This document shows positions 36,161-48,971 of a DNA stretch of 64,000 bases, piece by piece. The first letter of the stretch is position 1. Each line of letters begins with the position of its first letter. Origin of the DNA: Macrostomum lignano (Eukaryota); contig NIVC01003093.1 in NCBI GenBank assembly GCA_002269645.1, positions 229-64,228 of the forward strand. The letters run 5' to 3'. The translations under genes and the position numbers were made by a program. The notes under the pieces are model-generated. The model was not told where the DNA came from. It made no database searches and worked only from the letters and a program-made list of their open reading frames with translations.

Positions 36161-37045
36161 TTTCTATCGATTTTCCACTTTTCTTCTTTTCACTTTTCTC
36201 CTCTAGAATTTCCTCGCCACTCCCTTTAATTTTTTCTATGAAAATGAACGTCGTAAAACATTTTAAACACTAACTTGTCGCATTGGCCAAAACAAATTTG
36301 ATGTTATTTTTAAAATTTCTAAAAATGTCAATTATATTTGCTGTAAATTTTAATAGACATCATGCTAGTTGCAATATTTGAATTGCATTAAAATTTATGC
36401 ACTTTGGATTCAACTTCTATTTGTGAAAGTTTTGCAATATTGGCACTCTCATTTCCAAAGACTCATTACTAAGTTTCATACAAAAGAGACCATACAAAAG
36501 CCGAACGGGCCATAAATGTGATATTTTTCGTGTTTACTACTTAATTTTAAAATTTAACAGTAGTGTGTCAGCATATTTATTTAATATTCAACATACAAAA
36601 TATTATTTTTAATAGAAATTATAGTATTAAAGTGTGGCGCCATGTTATTTTTATTAAAGACTTTTTAAAGCGTAAAATTAAGTCCGATTAAAACAAATAT
36701 TAACTGTTAACAGAAACATTTATTCAATTTTTCTGAAACAGCTCCACTTTCTAGAGTTATGAGTCTTAAATATCAACAGCTGAATAACAAGAATTACGTT
36801 TGAGAATTCCATCACACACAAATACTACTTGGAAATCCTTTAATGAGCTGCTCAGCATATTGTAGAACTGTCACAAGTTTGGGATGGCTTTGGGCCTGGG
36901 ATAAATGCGAAAACAGATCTTAATTAGTAGTGACTTTCGCATAACTAAGAGGTAATCAACCAATTAATCAATGAATCAACCCCTCAATCAATCAATCAAT
37001 AAAACAACAAACTAATCAATCAATTAGTCAATAAATAAATCAATA

Positions 37046-38281
37046 TGATGTAACCACGCTCTGGTCGCGGGATATGGCAAGGGAATTTTTTCGAAAGTAC
37101 CTCCAATCTCCGTGCACCTACTGGGCAGAGCCGTCGAGACTGGGCCAGGTACTTGACCAGACCTGCTGACTCCCGCTCTGCTGCACCCCCCTGCTGTCTC
37201 GTCTCCGGCTCCCACTCCGCCACACATGCCTTTCCGGAGCCCCGTTTTCTTACTGCACCTCACCCGCCTCCCCGTTTCCCATGCGCTCTACCCTATCTAC
37301 CATGAGCATCTCCCGCTTCCCATCCTTTTGTCTCTTTTTGGTCTGTTTTTCCTGCGCTGTCCCCTCTCATCCCGTGCCTACTTACAGTACTTTGGGCGCT
37401 CACCGTCACCCCATCCCTTATTAAACTCCCAAACGGTGACGCAAGGCCTCTGACCCCTCCTTCCCCTCGATGACTCATCGATGACTCATCACCCCCTCTT
37501 GCGCAACCTCTTCTCATGCCATTGTTCTCCTCCCAATATTTCTCATGCGACACCCACCCCACCTCCGCTTCTATTGTTCTCGTTTTTTATTCTTTTGTTC
37601 TCGTCTTCGCACCTAATTATCACATTTTCTCCGATTTTCTCTCTCTATTGTTCTCCTTTTCGCACCCAATTAGCACCTTTTTTCCAATGTTTGCTTTTCT
37701 ATTGTTTTCGGTTCTCCTCAATAATCCCCGATTTCCATTTCCTTTGTTCTTGACCCCAGCCCCATTGTTCTCAATGTTTGCTTGCGCAACACTTTCTCGA
37801 CCTCCCGCTGCGTCAATTATCCCCCCACCCCACCTCCGGATTGCGCAATTTCCCCATTTCTCATGTTGCTATGCCGTCGTTCTCATACTTCTCATTCTGA
37901 CTCATTCTGACGTCATTTCGCCGGCAGCCAATCAGAGAGAGGGAGTCATGGAAACGACCTTGGAGCGGCGGCTGGGAAGGCTATTTAAGGAAGCGGTTTT
38001 CGGCGTGAGAACCCTCAGACTTCGCGTTCCTTCTCGTCCTACTGTGGACTCGCTGTCAGACACCGATCTGACCCATTCGTCTAGGACGAACCTCTGCCAG
38101 CCCGCGGTCTGTTACCGCCAAGTTACCTCAGCTCCCCAAGTGAGCTCATCTGCCGGTCCGCGGTCTGTTACCGCCCAGCATATTCAGCATTGCCTGAACT
38201 ACATCAGCGCCTCGTCGCTTCAGCGCATCGCCGCTTCACAGTCTGCCTGTCTGCAGCCAACAGCCGCCCTCGGTCACTCCG

Positions 38282-38362
<81 letters not shown>

Positions 38363-39322
38363 AGCTGCCGGTGAGTTCCTGTACTAATTTGTGCTCTAAT
38401 TGCCTTTGCTTATCCGGGGTTTGCTTATTTCCCATTGCTTGATTAGAGAGCTGAGCAAATTGTGATACCGTAACTTTTTGCTGTATTTTACTCAATAGTG
38501 AAGCCGCCTAATTGCCTGATTATTTGCCTAAGGGCCTAATTATTAACCATTACTAAACTCCTCATTATTCACTCTTTCACCATCATTTCATTCATGGCTT
38601 GCTATGCCTTTCTCCCTGGGTGGCAAAGCATAAGGAAGTTTGGGTAAGCTAATGGCCTCTCCCCGTGCAAAGCTCGCCTGTGTGTGCGTGCTGCGGGTCC
38701 GTGTGTGAGGGCAGTAGAGGGAATTAGTGAGTCTTGGCACAGAATGGCAGTAGGAAGGTTGCAACCCCATGCTGACGCGTCCCTTCGCCCTGAGCAATCT
38801 AAACTATAGACAGTACATGTTCGCCTCACACTACTCTTAGTAATTGAAGCCGCAAGTCCGCCTCGCTCACAGCCACAAAGGATCCCCTGCTGAGAAATCC
38901 TCCAGATTGAGCCCAGAGTTCCCGATCATGCCCCAAGCAGAGTCCCTGCACTCGGCTGCATGTGTCTCCCCTGTTAGCCTAAATCCCCTGGTAACCAATC
39001 CAGGCGGGGCTCTAGCCTCGAGAGGTCTGGTAGTAAGATCCAGGTGCGCCAGGTCACATAGAGTGGTGGCAGCCACTCGGTCAGGTCATGCTCTGACCGA
39101 GTGACAGACTATTGCATCTTGGCTACAGGTGGGGTCCATGTGGGTCCTTGGCCCTCTTGTCACGAAAGCGCTACCAAAGCTATCAATCATGTGGCCGGGA
39201 CAGTCTGGTGCTGGAGGTCCGTCAGGCCATTGCCCGGTCATAGGCAGCCTACGGTCATGGCCCCCTCTGGTCATACGTTCGCCTCCCAGCGGAGCGGACG
39301 GGCGACAAGGGCGGTTACATCA
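37046..39322. mobile_element. 2.3-kb non-coding element with TGATGTAACC...GGTTACATCA inverted termini (solo-LTR-like) within (AATC)n DNA
   Basis: Perfect 10-bp terminal inverted repeat at 37046-55 and 39313-22, with further partial similarity inward. AATC-type microsatellite on both flanks; internal (CT)n at about 38284-38358. Confidence 0.6.
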
Positions 39323-39451
39323 AATCAATCAATAAATCACCCAACCAATCAATCAATCAACTAATCATTCAATCAATCAGTCAATCGATCAATCGATCAA
39401 TCATTCAACTAATCAACCAATAAAACAACCAATCAACCAATCAACCAACCG

Positions 39452-39498
<47 letters not shown>

Positions 39499-39578
39499 TA
39501 TCACCCAACCAATCAACAAACCAACCAATCAATCAATTAATCCACAAATCAACCAACCAACCAATCAATCAATCAATC

Positions 39579-39666
<88 letters not shown>

Positions 39667-39710
39667 CAACAACCAATCCTACATCAGTCAATCACCCAAT
39701 CAATTGAGGT
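39323..39710. repeat. (AATC)n microsatellite
   Basis: Directly visible, with degenerate edges. Confidence 0.95.
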
Positions 39711-39847
39711 TCAAGTTAATTAGTCAGTCAAACAAGTAGACTTCATCTGCCAGGTATTCACCAAGAGAATCAATTGCCTGATAGTTAAGCACAGAAATCG
39801 TGAACTATTGGATACAAAAATCAATCCTCCATCAGCCAGCCGATCAA

Positions 39848-42163
39848 TCAGCTGTTTATTACGCTCTCCATCAACAGTCGGCCCATGATTTTTTCGTCGC
39901 TCTCCTTCTTGGGCTTGCACTGCGAGCTGCTCCACCACTTGCTCACCTTGATGCCGTAGTAATTCAGGTGCGAGCCGATGCAGGAGGCCATCTTGGTGAG
40001 GCACGGCAGGAACACCTTCGGCGAGTCCGCGCAGTTCCGGTCTTCGTTCTTCGGCTTGCCTTGGCAAATTCGAAATCCGCTTGGAGAGTTCGGCCTCATG
40101 CCGGACGGGTAGAACACCTCCGTGCCGTGATGGTACGGGCCCGACTTCTGGTCCGGCTGGCACCGCTCCAGAGGGCCCCGGCACAGCGGCAGGTGCACCA
40201 CCGGGTCCTGTGGGGTAACAGTTGAGCTGAGCTGCCAATAACTGCAGTCACCCCTGACTCTACTGATCTCTCCCTGACTCTACACGTCTCTCCAGGGGTC
40301 TATTTCTTGATTATTAAAATTCCTGCTGACTCTGACTTTTGACTTCCATCGTCTCCCTCTGACCCTTCGTGGACTCCTCATCCCTCATCCCTCATCCCTC
40401 ATCCCTCATCCCTCATCCCTCATCCCTCATCCCTCATCCCTCATCCCTCATCCCTCATCCCTCATCCCTCATCCCTCATCCCTCATCCCTCAGCCCTCAT
40501 CCCTCAGCCCTCAGCCCTCAGCCCTCAGCCCTCAGCCCTCATCCCTCATCCCTCAGCCCTCAGCCCTCATCCCTCATCCCTCAGCCCTCAGCCCTCAGCC
40601 CTCAGCCCTCATCCCTCATCCCTCAGCCCTCATCCCTCATCCCTCAGCCCTCAGCCCTCAGCCCTCAGCCCCCAGCCCTCAGCTCTCATCCCTCAGCCCT
40701 CAGCCCTCAGTCCTCAGCCCTCAGCCCTCAGCCCTCAGCCCTCAGCCCTCAGCCCTCAGCCCTCAGCCCTCAGCCCTCAGCTCTCATCCCTCAGCCCTCA
40801 GCCCTCAGCCCTCAGCCCTCAGCCCTCAGCCCTCAGCCCTGATCCCTCATCTCATCCCTCAGCCCTCAGCCCTCAGCCCTCAGCCCTCAGCCCTCAGCCC
40901 TCAGCCCATCCCTCATCCCTCATCCCTCATCCCTCAGCCCTCAGCCCTCAGCCCTCAGCTCTCATCCCTCAGCCCTCATCCCTCAGCCCTCAGCCCTCAT
41001 CCCTCATCCCTCAGCCCTGATCCCTCATCCCTCATCCCTCAGCCCTCATCCCTCACTCACCCGCCCGTTGACCACCCGCCAGCTGCTGCCGCCGGCCATC
41101 AGTTTGTCGAACGCCGCCGAAAACGTCGCGTCGCCCACCCGGGGCTCCCCGAAGGTGAACATCTGAGGTCGCAGCCGTTTGGCCGCCAGCTGGACTGCCG
41201 TCAGGGCCGCCATCGCCCCGCCAAGCGAGTGGCCCGTCACCAGAATCGCGTCTCCCGGATTCGCCGAACGGATTTGGGCAAACGCCGGCTCCAGTTTAGA
41301 CCAGACCGCCCGCTGAGCCATGCTGAAGTACGCCTGCACCCGGCCTCCGACAGGGGACGGCACCGGCGGCGTTTTGAGCACGCTGAGCAGTTCGACAATC
41401 AGCTGCCCGTCTTGGTTGGTGCCGCGGAAGACGATCTGGAGAAGGATGATGGGGGATGCCAGTACAAGACATGTGCTAGCCAGTACAAGACCCACACACA
41501 GACCAGTACAAGACTCACAAACAGACCAGTACAAGACTAACACACATACCAGTACAAGACCCACAAACAGACCAGTACAAGACTCACACACAGACCAGTA
41601 CAAGACTCACACAAAGACCAGTACAAGACCAACACATACAGTACAAGACCAATACACACGCCAGTACAAGATGAACACACACACTACAGGACCAACACAC
41701 ACCAGTACAAGACCCACACCAGTACAAGGCAGTAAAGAACAGTGAAGGTCATCTTTCTCCCAGCATCCCCCGCTCCGCATACCATGGTGATGCGTTTCCT
41801 CGGCAGCCGGGCCACAAAGCCGGACCAGGTGCCGCCGATGGTTTTCCAGTAGGCCGGCACGGACACCTGGCGCACGTTCCTCATTGGTCCGTAGGTGCCC
41901 GCTAGGCCGCTGTTTTGGTAGCAGCTGCCCACAGCTCCTGAGGCGTAGGCGGCAGCCGAGGCCACCAAGGACAGGTAGCTGAGCTGAGGGCTGAACCGGC
42001 TTGCCTGCCAAGAGTCGTCGGCCTGGCCGTCCTTGACGAACGACGATGCCGTTAGGTCGTACATGTAGAGCGGATCAACGCTGCCGGCTTGATGCACCAG
42101 CAGGCTGCAGTTGAGCAGCAGCAGCAGCGCGGTAATGAGGCCTGGCAGTCTCAGCGGAGCCAT
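39848..42163 (-). CDS. Secreted class-3 lipase (alpha/beta hydrolase), 371 aa; exons 42163-41783, 41435-41061, 40207-39848
   Basis: Signal peptide MAPLRLPGLITALLLLLNCSLLV; IVFRGT; ILVTGHSLGGAMA (nucleophile Ser); FTFGEPRVGD; RVVNGR|DPVVHLP (Asp); YHHGTEVFY; SHLNYYG (His). Both introns are GT-AG phase 0. Confidence 0.92.
40375..41052. repeat. 7-bp repeat (CCCTCAT/CCCTCAG)n, lipase intron 2
   Basis: Directly visible. Confidence 0.96.
41458..41725. repeat. About 22-bp repeat CCAGTACAAGACTCACACACAGA, lipase intron 1
   Basis: Directly visible. Confidence 0.9.
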
Positions 42164-44466
42164 CAGCAGTCGTGCGGTCTTTGAAGTTAGCCAAATAGAG
42201 TGGATGAACTGTGAAACCAGCGACGAATTTAACGTTGTCTCTCTCGGTTTTTATAAGGCTGCATCATCCTTGACGAGGCCAGGCATGCAGTCTTGTATAT
42301 CTTGATTGCGATGTTATTTTTAGTTGCGAGCGAGTTTGCTATAATTGTGTTTCAGTGAAGACGGTTGCGGAGATCAGATAAGCGAAGCTAATAGATGCGC
42401 GATATTCGTGACTGACGTGCAGGACAGAAGTTGCTGCCAAAAGAGCTGGTAAACAGAGCTGATATTCCTGTTGTACACGTGACTGGGTAATTCACGATAG
42501 CGACTAATATTGACATAAAGATTCTTTTTATACACAGAAGTAGATGCGTGTAACACGATACATGCAGTTTACCAGTATCACGCTATTATACTGCTGCTTT
42601 ACAGAAGCGCGTAATTTTTTTTTTATATTACTGATGCAAATCCATTTTGAGATGCTAAACCGTATAGCCAATCTGTGCCCTTGGTTTTCTTAAAAATGAG
42701 TTAGAGTCATAATAAAATGAGCTTCATTTGTTTGTCTAGAAGAGAGCACATAGCCTTGAATTATGGAGGTTCGCCATAGACAAGTATACGTTCGGTCGAG
42801 AAATATGCTGCTCGAAAAACCGAAAGTTGTTCCATACCGGCCTCCAGCGATCATTTCTAAGAAAATCGAATATGTACAGCGCAACAGCGTTGTAATACTT
42901 CATTTGTCTAAAGCTAACATGTGTATAGCTGTATTAACCAACTCAGATTAATTGTTTTTCATCAGTTCCATCAACACACGAGATCTCTATATATATTATT
43001 GTAATTAAAGGTACATGCAAAATTTGCAAAAATTCTTAAATCACCCCAGCCTGGTGCGGTTGTTTTAAAGCAAGATTTGTAATGGTCTCGAGTCCTTGAA
43101 TCGAATGAAGCCGTCATGTGCGTTTCGCATACACTTTGGGCTGCTGTACATTTCTGTGAAGACATACATGAATTGCACGGCAGTATAGTTCTGAGTTATA
43201 TGCGCATGCATTTAATTCGCTAGTATATGCATGTGTATGTTGAAATTTATTTTTTTGATGTGGGTGCAGTTAATCCTGAAAAGATTTTTGAGTACATATC
43301 ATTCGTAGTTAGGTGTCAGTCAAGGACCGACGCCTGTAAACGAAAGTATTGAACAGAGAAAACTGAAGATAACGGCTAGATATGAAAATAAAAAAGCCTA
43401 GTTTTTGTAAAAATGAAAAAAATTGCTATAAGTTTATTTTTCCCAGTCTCGGTGTTCTATACTTTGCATAACATTTACTCGTTATTTAAAGAGTTGTGCT
43501 ATTTTTGGTGGTTTTAACAATTTGCCATGGCAACAAGCCGTAAATTTTTTGGCGCATATTTAACTACTAAATCTGCTCTCTTAAATTATTGTAATCGTCA
43601 ATGAAAATATTGTAGATAGATTATTAGTCTAAACTGGTCTGAATGCAGCAAAAATGACAAAGTGAATTACTTATGCATTTATGTTAGAGTATTTTCGAGA
43701 ATCAAGACCAATGACTTGTCATAGCCTCTAGTATACTAAGTATAGGAGACATTATTATATTATTGAATATTGATTATATAGATCGGAATTACTGACAAAA
43801 TGAAATTAACATATTATTGCCTTACTTTATTTGTAATATCTGTATATACCTAATATGAAATTTAAGTAGAAGTGTGTGACTAAACTAAATTAATAAATCT
43901 AGTGTCTATTTGGTAGTTGAACAAAAATATTCTGAAAACGGAATTAAAATAACTAAAATGTGCTAAAATAAGGGACAATTTTTTCTTCATGCTTTAACTT
44001 TGCTGCTAGGCTTAAAGATTATTTTCAAAAGACTAAAGCTTTTAATTTTAAATTGCATTAGACATTAAGTAACTACAGGGAAGGGAACAGCTTTCTATTT
44101 TTTTCTGTAGCATTGCAAGACTTTTTTCTCTTACTAATTTTGAAATTTTATGAGTATAAATCTAACACTGTTTACCATCGACTATCAAATAAAGGCAGAG
44201 AAATATCTTTTTGTTTTTGATTTCTACTAACCAAATGCAAAAAAACAATTCTAGAAAAATTATGTCCTTCCTTTATGTACTTGCATGTAGTAATTTTTCA
44301 AGATTGAACATTTTTAGCCATTGCATGATAAAATCAATTATTAATATTAAATTAGTTGACAAGGCATTAATTAAATCCTAAAGTTAAGCTTCGATTTGCA
44401 AATAGATACTAAATTGATAGCAGCTTAACATATTTGATTTGGTTGATGCAGCCAGTACAGTGCGGG

Positions 44467-46181
44467 ATGGCTCCAAAAGGATTTCTGTGCACGGCAGAAA
44501 TAACGATAGAGCTGGTTGTGTCCCCCGGTACTTGGCTGCCTCATAGGGACGACGTCTACCTCACAATTGACTTCTTAAATCAGGTTGGGAGTCAGCTGTT
44601 TTGTTTAAAAACTCGTTTCTGTTAAGCTTTTATAGGCAATATCGTGAAAGTATCCGTCCTACTGAAATGACATCTCTTTACATACAAATATTATCGGGTT
44701 CGTTGATAAGGAGTGTGACATCAATGTTTTGACATTCGAATGAATATTCTTAAATTCTCATAGAGATACTGGCATCTTCGTTTATGACACCCTGACATTA
44801 TCAGAGACCATGACATCTTCATAGAGACCATGACATCTTTATAGAGATCATGACGTCTTCATTGAGATCCTGACATCCTCATAGAGACCATGACATCTTC
44901 ATAGAGACCATGACATCTTTATAGAGACCATGACATCTTCATTGAGATCCTGACATTCTGATGCATGCAGAGATCTTGACACTCTTCAAAGTTTGACCTC
45001 TTCGCAAGGAGTCTGACATCCCTGAAAAACATCCTGACATCCTTCTGAACCGACTGACACCCGCACTGAAGCTGGAACTCAACCACTGAGCTCCCAAATT
45101 CCCTCCGCAGGTCAAGCGCTCCCGCCTAGTGGCGCCCGTCTTCCCACTTCGAGTCCACGAGCGGTTCCGCTTCGAGAAGAACTTCTGGCCAGCCTCCGAC
45201 CCGCGCGACGTTGTGGACCGGCTGGAGGAGCTGCCCATCGCCATCGAGCTCCGTCAGGCCACCGACGCCTTCCGCGGCAGCCGCTTGCTCGCCTACTTCG
45301 ACTCGGACGGACGCGAGTTTCTGTTCCCCAGCGCCCCCACCTCCAAGCCCGCCTGCCACACCGGCCGGGAGGCCCTGATGGCCCGCACAGTCGACTTCTC
45401 CAGCGTCAGCCCGAAGCTGGAGTTCTGCACTTACACCGTGGTTGAGGAGCTGCGCACCAGCTACTCTGGCAGCGTTGGCGACGACTTCGGCGGGGAGGTG
45501 ACCCAGCCGCGCCGCTCTGCCGCCGCCGCCATCGACAGCGTCGACCGTCGAGCACGTCGTCATGGCAAACGGCCGCCGTCGATGTCGAAGGTCGACGACT
45601 CAGCGACCGCAGCAGCCGGCGAGGACCGCCGGGCCGGCTACCGCACCGACGACCGGCCGCCGTTCGTGGTGCGCCACGTGGCCGACGGGCTGACTGGCAG
45701 GAAGCCGGTGCTGCACAATATTCGCACCCGGTTGCGGCCGCCGCGTCAGCTGATGGACCCGGAGGAGGAGGCGCTGGGCGAGACCGCCTGGGGCTACCAG
45801 GGAGGCCGCAGCGGAGGCGGTGGCGGCGGCGGCGGCAGCGCGGACAGTTCTCCGACGCATCGGCGCCGAGCTGACTACGACTACGAGGACTACGGTCGAC
45901 GCGGATCTCGGCGACGCCGGGCATCGGCGTCGCGGCTTCGACGGAGCGACTCCAGCGGCGAGCTGTGGTACTACGAGCGGCCGTACGCGCCGTTCGCGCA
46001 CGAGTACCCGGAATGGGGCGAGGCCGAGTGCCTGGCGCCCGGTTCGGGCAGCTCCCTGATGGACTCGCGCTACAACCCGGTGCTGGCCAGCAGCCTGCGG
46101 CACCGGACCGCCGATCGATACGGCGAGGCGCCGGCTTACCGGTCGAGGCGGCCGCCGCTGAGAGACTCGCAGGTGTACTAA
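44467..46181 (+). CDS. SPATA6: SPATA6-family protein (N-terminal SPATA6 domain plus low-complexity Arg/Ser tail), 395 aa; exons 44467-44583 and 45111-46181
   Basis: MAPKGFLCTAEITIELVVSPGTWLPHRDDVYLTIDFLNQ|VKRSRLVAPVFPLRVHERFRFEKNF..DPRDVVDRLE..IELRQ..REFLFP..SPKLEFCT parallels human SPATA6 (VTCPG..EDIYLSI..FPLVF..FEKVF..DPGDVV..FEL..RDFMFP..APRLEFST). GT-AG phase-0 intron. Confidence 0.88.
44800..44955. repeat. 20-bp repeat ATAGAGACCATGACATCTTC, SPATA6 intron
   Basis: About 7 copies visible. Confidence 0.88.
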
Positions 46182-46294
46182 TTTAGCTGGCTGTGATAGT
46201 CAGGCAGTGGAGTTAATATGAATGATGTTTTGCCTATCAGATTGAGGTGAGTTTTCTTACGAGTCAGGTTTGAGTGGGGTGGGTGTAGCAGTCT

Positions 46295-46535
46295 CCAACC
46301 ACTCGGATCGGACTGGAGTGAGATGGGTGTCGCAGGCCCCAGCCAATTGGATCGGACTGGAGTGAAGTGGGTGTAGCAGGCTCCAGCCAATAATTGGATC
46401 GGACTGGAGTGAAGTGGGTGTAGCAGGCTCCAGCCAATTGGATCGGACTGGAGTGAAGTGGGTGTAGCAGGCCCCAGCCAATTGGATCGGATGGGAGTGA
46501 GATGGGTGTAGCAGGCTCCAGCCAATTGGACTGGA
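46295..46535. repeat. About 44-bp tandem repeat CCAATTGGATCGGACTGGAGTGAAGTGGGTGTAGCAGGCTCCAG
   Basis: About 5 copies just downstream of the SPATA6 stop. Confidence 0.9.
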
Positions 46536-47234
46536 ATCAGGGTCCGATTATGCATATAAATGATCAAATGTTTATGAAATTACGTTATATCTACATGTAA
46601 TCCTTTCTTTCCTTTTGCTTTGTTAATATTTACTTAATTATTTCTGCCTTTTGCAAAGTTTAAAGCAGCACAAACAAGCTTATTTTGCTGCAGCACCAAT
46701 TACTAACGCCTTTTTTTCTTTTTCCAGACTTTCTGTGCTCTTGCTATTCAACTCTTTTAGTAATACAGCCTGTGCATCATCTACTATGAGTAGCCAATCA
46801 GGGTCGTTGGAGACGAGTTTGGAATAGCGAAATATTCATAGTAATTATTGCGTCCTTTTATCTGTTAAGCTGTTTGAATTATCTATATTATTTCTCGATG
46901 GCATGTCTAAACTCTTAATTGATTGCTGTAGATCTGATATTGTAAAACATTTTTACTGCTATTGTAAAATGCGCTTAATCATGATCTCTTTAATGACTTA
47001 TGAATTTACATTAACCACGAATTTTTAAATATAGCGAGTTGAATTATTATACTATGTCTTGTTTGCTGTTTCCTCTGTGAACATATATTTATGCTGATAC
47101 ATTTCTGTTGTACATTACACAATATCAGTTCGGCTCCTCATTTACCTCGGGCTGTGGGGGTTCTTAAATAAAGGATAATATCACATAGAATCATGCGATA
47201 TTATTGGAATTATTGATATTATTAGAATCATAGA

Positions 47235-48350
47235 ATCATGTCTCAGAGCTAATTATCATGTCACAGAGTCTAGAGTCATGTCTCAGAGCTAATTATCATG
47301 TCACAGAGTCTAGAGTCATGTCTCAGAGCTAATTATCATGCCACAGAGTCTAGAGTCATGTCTCAGAGCTAATTATTATGTCACAGAGTCTAGAGTCATG
47401 TCTCAGAGCTAATTATCATGTCACAGAGTCTAGAGTCATGTCTCAGAGCTAATTATCATGTCACAGAGTCTAGAGTCATGTCTCAGAGCTAATTATTATG
47501 CCACAGAGTCTAGAGTCATGTCTCAGAGCTAATTATCATGTCACAGAGTCTAGAGTCATGTCTCAGAGCTAATTATTATGTCACAGAGTCTAGAGTCATG
47601 TCTCAGAGCTAATTATTATGCCACAGAGTCTAGAGTCATGTCTCAGAGCTAATTATTATGTCACAGAGTCTAGAGTCATGTCTCAGAGCTAATTATTATG
47701 TCACAGAGTCTAGAGTCATGTCTCAGAGCTAATTATTATGTCACAGAGTCTAGAGTCATGTCTCAGAGCTAATTATTATGTCACAGAGTCTAGAGTCATG
47801 TCTCAGAGCTAATTATCATGCCACAGAGTCTAGAGTCATGTCTCAGAGCTAATTATTATGTCACAGAGTCTAGAGTCATGTCTCAGAGCTAATTATCATG
47901 TCACAGAGTCTAGAGTCATGTCTCAGAGCTAATTATTATGCCACAGAGTCTAGAGTCATGTCTCAGAGCTAATTATTATGTCACAGAGTCTAGAGTCATG
48001 TCTCAGAGCTAATTATTATGCCACAGAGTCTAGAGTCATGTCTCAGAGCTAATTATTATGTCACAGAGTCTAGAGTCATGTCTCAGAGCTAATTATTATG
48101 TCACAGAGTCTAGAGTCATGTCTCAGAGCTAATTATTATGTCACAGAGTCTAGAGTCATGTCTCAGAGCTAATTATTATGTCACAGAGTCTAGAGTCATG
48201 TCTCAGAGCTAATTATCATGCCACAGAGTCTAGAGTCATGTCTCAGAGCTAATTATTATGTCACAGAGTCTAGAGTCATGTCTCAGAGCTAATTATCATG
48301 TCACAGAGTCTAGAGTCATGTCTCAGAGCTAATTATTATGCCACAGAGTC
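47235..48350. repeat. Highly homogeneous 40-bp minisatellite TAGAGTCATGTCTCAGAGCTAATTATYATGYCACAGAGTC, about 28 copies
   Basis: Period of exactly 40, with essentially two variable positions. Confidence 0.97.
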
Positions 48351-48971
48351 CAATGTAATATCTCAGAGATAAATATATCAGAACTGAGTGTGTTCATTCA
48401 GCTGTCAATAAAATCTCGGATTAAATTCAGCCCGGCTAGACTTTAAATAGCAAAAAACTGTACTACACGTAAAATATTTTGTTCCATTACTGTAGTATTT
48501 TGCACTTACACTCTACGGGTAGATAGCGCGGTGCTGGCAATGACCCGCATACATGTGTTGAGCAGCGAGACAGTGCAAAGGCTCCAATTGATTTATTCAA
48601 CTCTACCCATGCAGGGACAAAAGGTGCGCCATGCCCCCCCCCCCAACTGTTAATGTTTGCACAAAGCTGAGGAAGCGAAGCCCAAGTGTTATAACTTTCC
48701 TGCAATGGAAATGGCATGGGACTGCATGCAGAGGTGCAGCAAAGTCTGCTTTAGAATGCGAGTAAAGTATATTTTCTTGCATTCATGGACAAAGTGTTGT
48801 GTATCTTGAGTGTGCGGGCCTCATTAGCGCGAGTGAGCAAATCGTTAATTCTGTATAAATTAACTGCATTGACTGTCTGCTATAAGCAATTGCGCAGCTT
48901 TCTAAGGCTCTAAGCGGATATATTTACAACTTGAAGCTTAAGCAGAACAGAGATAAAAAGTGACATTCGAC

